DNA from: an uncultured Clostridia bacterium
Lineage (GTDB): Bacteria > Bacillota > Clostridia > TANB77 > CAG-508
Length of the DNA: 64,000 bases
Assembly (NCBI GenBank): GCA_947628815.1
Contig: CANRBJ010000002.1
Coordinates: 3,584-67,583, forward strand
Direction: 5' to 3'
Under the pieces are notes generated by a model. That model worked only from the letters and a program-made list of their open reading frames with translations, made no database searches and was not told the DNA's origin. The position numbers were made by a program, and so were the translations under genes. Each line of letters begins with the position of its first letter. The first letter of the stretch is position 1. Shown here piece by piece: positions 62,016 to 64,000 of the stretch.

Positions 62016-63278
62016 TTAGTCCGTTGATTCATCTTCTAAATATTTACCTTGAACATCAGACCATATAGCATCTCCTATCTTACCCATTATTGGATTGACT
62101 GCTGGTATAGGTTTAACTGGAGTACTACCGTCCTCTACTGTATATATATCAGGTTCAACTCCAGATTTTCCTACTTCCTCAGACGTTATACCTTCTTCTC
62201 TTGTTCTATCATATCTTAGATTATAAGGCATTACATTAGGTTCTTCTTCTGGAATTATATAGTTATCATTGAAAGTAGTTACATTGTTCGGATCTACTGG
62301 AAACTCTGCATTAGATTGAGGATTGTACCCCAATCCAAATATAGTAGGTAGGAGGGATCTAACTATATGCTCATTGTTACATAATTGAAGAGAATATAGA
62401 GCTCTATATCCTCTATTTATATATCCAGAAGTTTTATCCTCATATTTAGAATTTCTATAGTATACTTCTCTTCTAGTATGATTGAATAAAGAAGTATAAT
62501 TATATGGGTTGCCTTGATATCCAGATTCAGAATCATGAGTATCTTGTCTATGTAAAGCCCTATCCATCAAAAGACTATAATCCTCATTCGATAGATTCTG
62601 CATGCGAGCATAGTCTTCTCGATTATAATGACCTACATGGGTTGGACCTATAGATACTCCTAAATCATTAGTATTCGTCAATCTAGCATCTATGTATATC
62701 TTAGTTCTTGAATCATATCTGACCCCAGCATACTGAAACAAATACATTCCTAAAGGTCTCACATATTCTATACAAGCATCTTTTGGCACTTCTTCTGAAA
62801 AATACACTACATCAATGTAACCTTTTGATGTGTAAGGAGTAACATATACAGAATTTACAGGAATAGACGTATCTTCCAGTCTATCTTCCAATATATTATC
62901 ATGATAGGTTTTACTTTCTTCAATGTTGCTATTAGTAGAATATGCTTTCGCCAGTTCTATGAGATTAAATTGAGCCAAATTAACTTCTGCAGCTAATGTA
63001 ACGCCGTCTTTACTGCCTTTATTTCTTATCATAGACATAAAATATACGAGAACTAACCTATTGAATGCAATTGATAATCTATCATCATACTTGAATCCCA
63101 TAGTATCTGCTAACATCCAAAGTAAATCAGAGGGGCATCTGAGCGGGTCATACAGATCAAAGAAATCCTCAGTATTAGATTTAGTGGTTTGTAAACAATA
63201 ACCAAACCACTTTAGAAAGAATCTAAAATCTGCGCTTGATTTGTATTCTTCTGGTAATGATACATCAGAAAATTTCAT
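62016..63278 (-). CDS. Baseplate protein candidate (P2 gpI / DUF2313-like N-terminus)
   Basis: DFFDLYDPLRCPSDLLWMLADTMGFKYDDR resembles the 'dP..CP..LL..LA' motif of gpI-type baseplate proteins. Follows a J-like gene. Confidence 0.4.
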   Translation of the reverse strand: MKFSDVSLPEEYKSSADFRFFLKWFGYCLQTTKSNTEDFFDLYDPLRCPSDLLWMLADTMGFKYDDRLSIAFNRLVLVYFMSMIRNKGSKDGVTLAAEVNLAQFNLIELAKAYSTNSNIEESKTYHDNILEDRLEDTSIPVNSVYVTPYTSKGYIDVVYFSEEVPKDACIEYVRPLGMYLFQYAGVRYDSRTKIYIDARLTNTNDLGVSIGPTHVGHYNREDYARMQNLSNEDYSLLMDRALHRQDTHDSESGYQGNPYNYTSLFNHTRREVYYRNSKYEDKTSGYINRGYRALYSLQLCNNEHIVRSLLPTIFGLGYNPQSNAEFPVDPNNVTTFNDNYIIPEEEPNVMPYNLRYDRTREEGITSEEVGKSGVEPDIYTVEDGSTPVKPIPAVNPIMGKIGDAIWSDVQGKYLEDESTD

Positions 63279-63407
63279 AATTCAATCCTCTTGGAAAAAT
63301 ATATTTCATAATATTATAAAAGGTATATCAATTAAAGATAAAACCGCCTAAGTACTACAAATACTCAGACGGTAATATCTGGTGAGGCAAATTGTTCGAT
63401 AAAGAAA

Positions 63408-64000
63408 TCAACGGAGTATATATTCTGGGGCTATTACTATATCAGATCTGTTGTTCCTATCTTTATATTGACAGAAAGATATAGGGTTGAAGTAATCTGG
63501 ATCGCAGTTACGCCAATTTATCACAGGATTGTTCAACGTACCAGCATCAAAGTAATCTACATTACTGTCTGCACCTCTTACTACATTGACTACTTCCATA
63601 ACTGTAGGCTTTTCTCCAATATGCCTATTAGCTGGGGCAAAATACATGGCTAATGCTTCTTTCACCTTAGCTACTAGATTATCTGCCTCGTCTTGAGATA
63701 ATGGCTTCTTAGGATAAATTTGACCGACTACATACCAAGGAAATACTCTCAAATAGCCAAATTCTAACTCTACAGACATGGCTTGAAGGGGCCTATAATC
63801 TCTCTTTACATTCTCTATAAATTGAGCAGGTGGTTTATATCTCATGAATTTGACATCATTTTTTATTTGAGCATTAGCAGTAGCAGGAATTCCAAAAGAA
63901 GAATTTTGAAAGTCATTATGAATTGCAAAGCACATAGCAGTATAGGTCTTGAAGTTAGCTGAGTATAGATAATTTGATGGGTCGGTTGGATCGTATCCAA
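63408..64000 (-). CDS. Baseplate J-like protein candidate, C-terminal part (gene runs off the right window edge)
   Basis: The minus frame of ORF 63408..63935 stays open with no stop up to position 64000. The assignment is based on position upstream of the gpI-like gene and is weak. Confidence 0.35.
   Translation of the reverse strand, partial: GYDPTDPSNYLYSANFKTYTAMCFAIHNDFQNSSFGIPATANAQIKNDVKFMRYKPPAQFIENVKRDYRPLQAMSVELEFGYLRVFPWYVVGQIYPKKPLSQDEADNLVAKVKEALAMYFAPANRHIGEKPTVMEVVNVVRGADSNVDYFDAGTLNNPVINWRNCDPDYFNPISFCQYKDRNNRSDIVIAPEYILR

Noticed and set aside
778-63653. Dozens of 60-154-aa ORFs in the six-frame track lie antisense to, or nested inside, long minus-strand genes. Examples: 778..981, 2016..2201, 3455..3673, 4217..4441, 4610..4978, 5607..6214, 7041..7608, 9233..9959, 10092..11219, 12040..12810, 31282..31746, 52293..52499, 55688..56005, 57584..58276.
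   Set aside because: They lack RBSs, overlap ORFs that carry recognisable domains or strong RBSs, and have the low-complexity, Leu/Ile/Phe/Ser-rich composition expected of shadow frames in AT-rich DNA.

Overview
AT-rich double-stranded DNA phage segment. Almost every gene is on the minus strand. The host is probably Gram-positive (Firmicutes-type), judged from strong GGAGG ribosome-binding sites and a GH25 endolysin with a holin. All calls come from reading the sequence and from remembered family motifs; no database search was run.

Layout from left to right:
- 0-4 kb: an early control region. Two divergent, perfect sigma-A consensus promoters flank AT-rich microsatellites and five 27-bp iterons. 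A sigma-factor-like gene, the only plus-strand gene, sits on one side. On the other side is an early operon whose leader forms a 26-bp helix specific to the minus strand.
- 4-13.7 kb: DUF932, KTSC and RNase HI genes, then a complete preQ1 (7-deazaguanine) operon: folE-queE-queD-queC-queF plus an SDR oxidoreductase and a YhhQ-type transporter. No DpdA/TGT homologue is visible in the window.
- 14.4-22.1 kb: receptor-binding and tail-fibre genes, interrupted by an intact IS200/IS605 element (tnpA + tnpB).
- 22.4-27 kb: thyX, an MT-A70 methyltransferase, and an NAD-dependent DNA ligase split at an A7 run.
- 27.0-29.5 kb: an RNA island. It holds tRNA-Gln, two tRNA-like genes with aberrant anticodon arms, a full tmRNA, and a ~0.93 kb ORF-free, helix-rich segment that also carries vestigial reverse-transcriptase motifs.
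- 29.6-48.4 kb: replication, recombination and accessory genes. These include an S1-domain protein, an SbcC-like ATPase, a UvrD-like helicase, a DNA methyltransferase, an HD hydrolase, NADAR, a RecU-like resolvase, an SNF2 helicase and many small acidic ORFs.
- 48.5-53.6 kb: a second tail-fibre locus and the lysis cassette.
- 54.5-64 kb: head and baseplate genes.

A recurrent ATTCGTTA-TAnnAT element marks about 18 promoters in the non-structural genes only. The items most worth follow-up are the RNA island, the extended 7-deazaguanine cluster, the iteron/control region and this promoter class.
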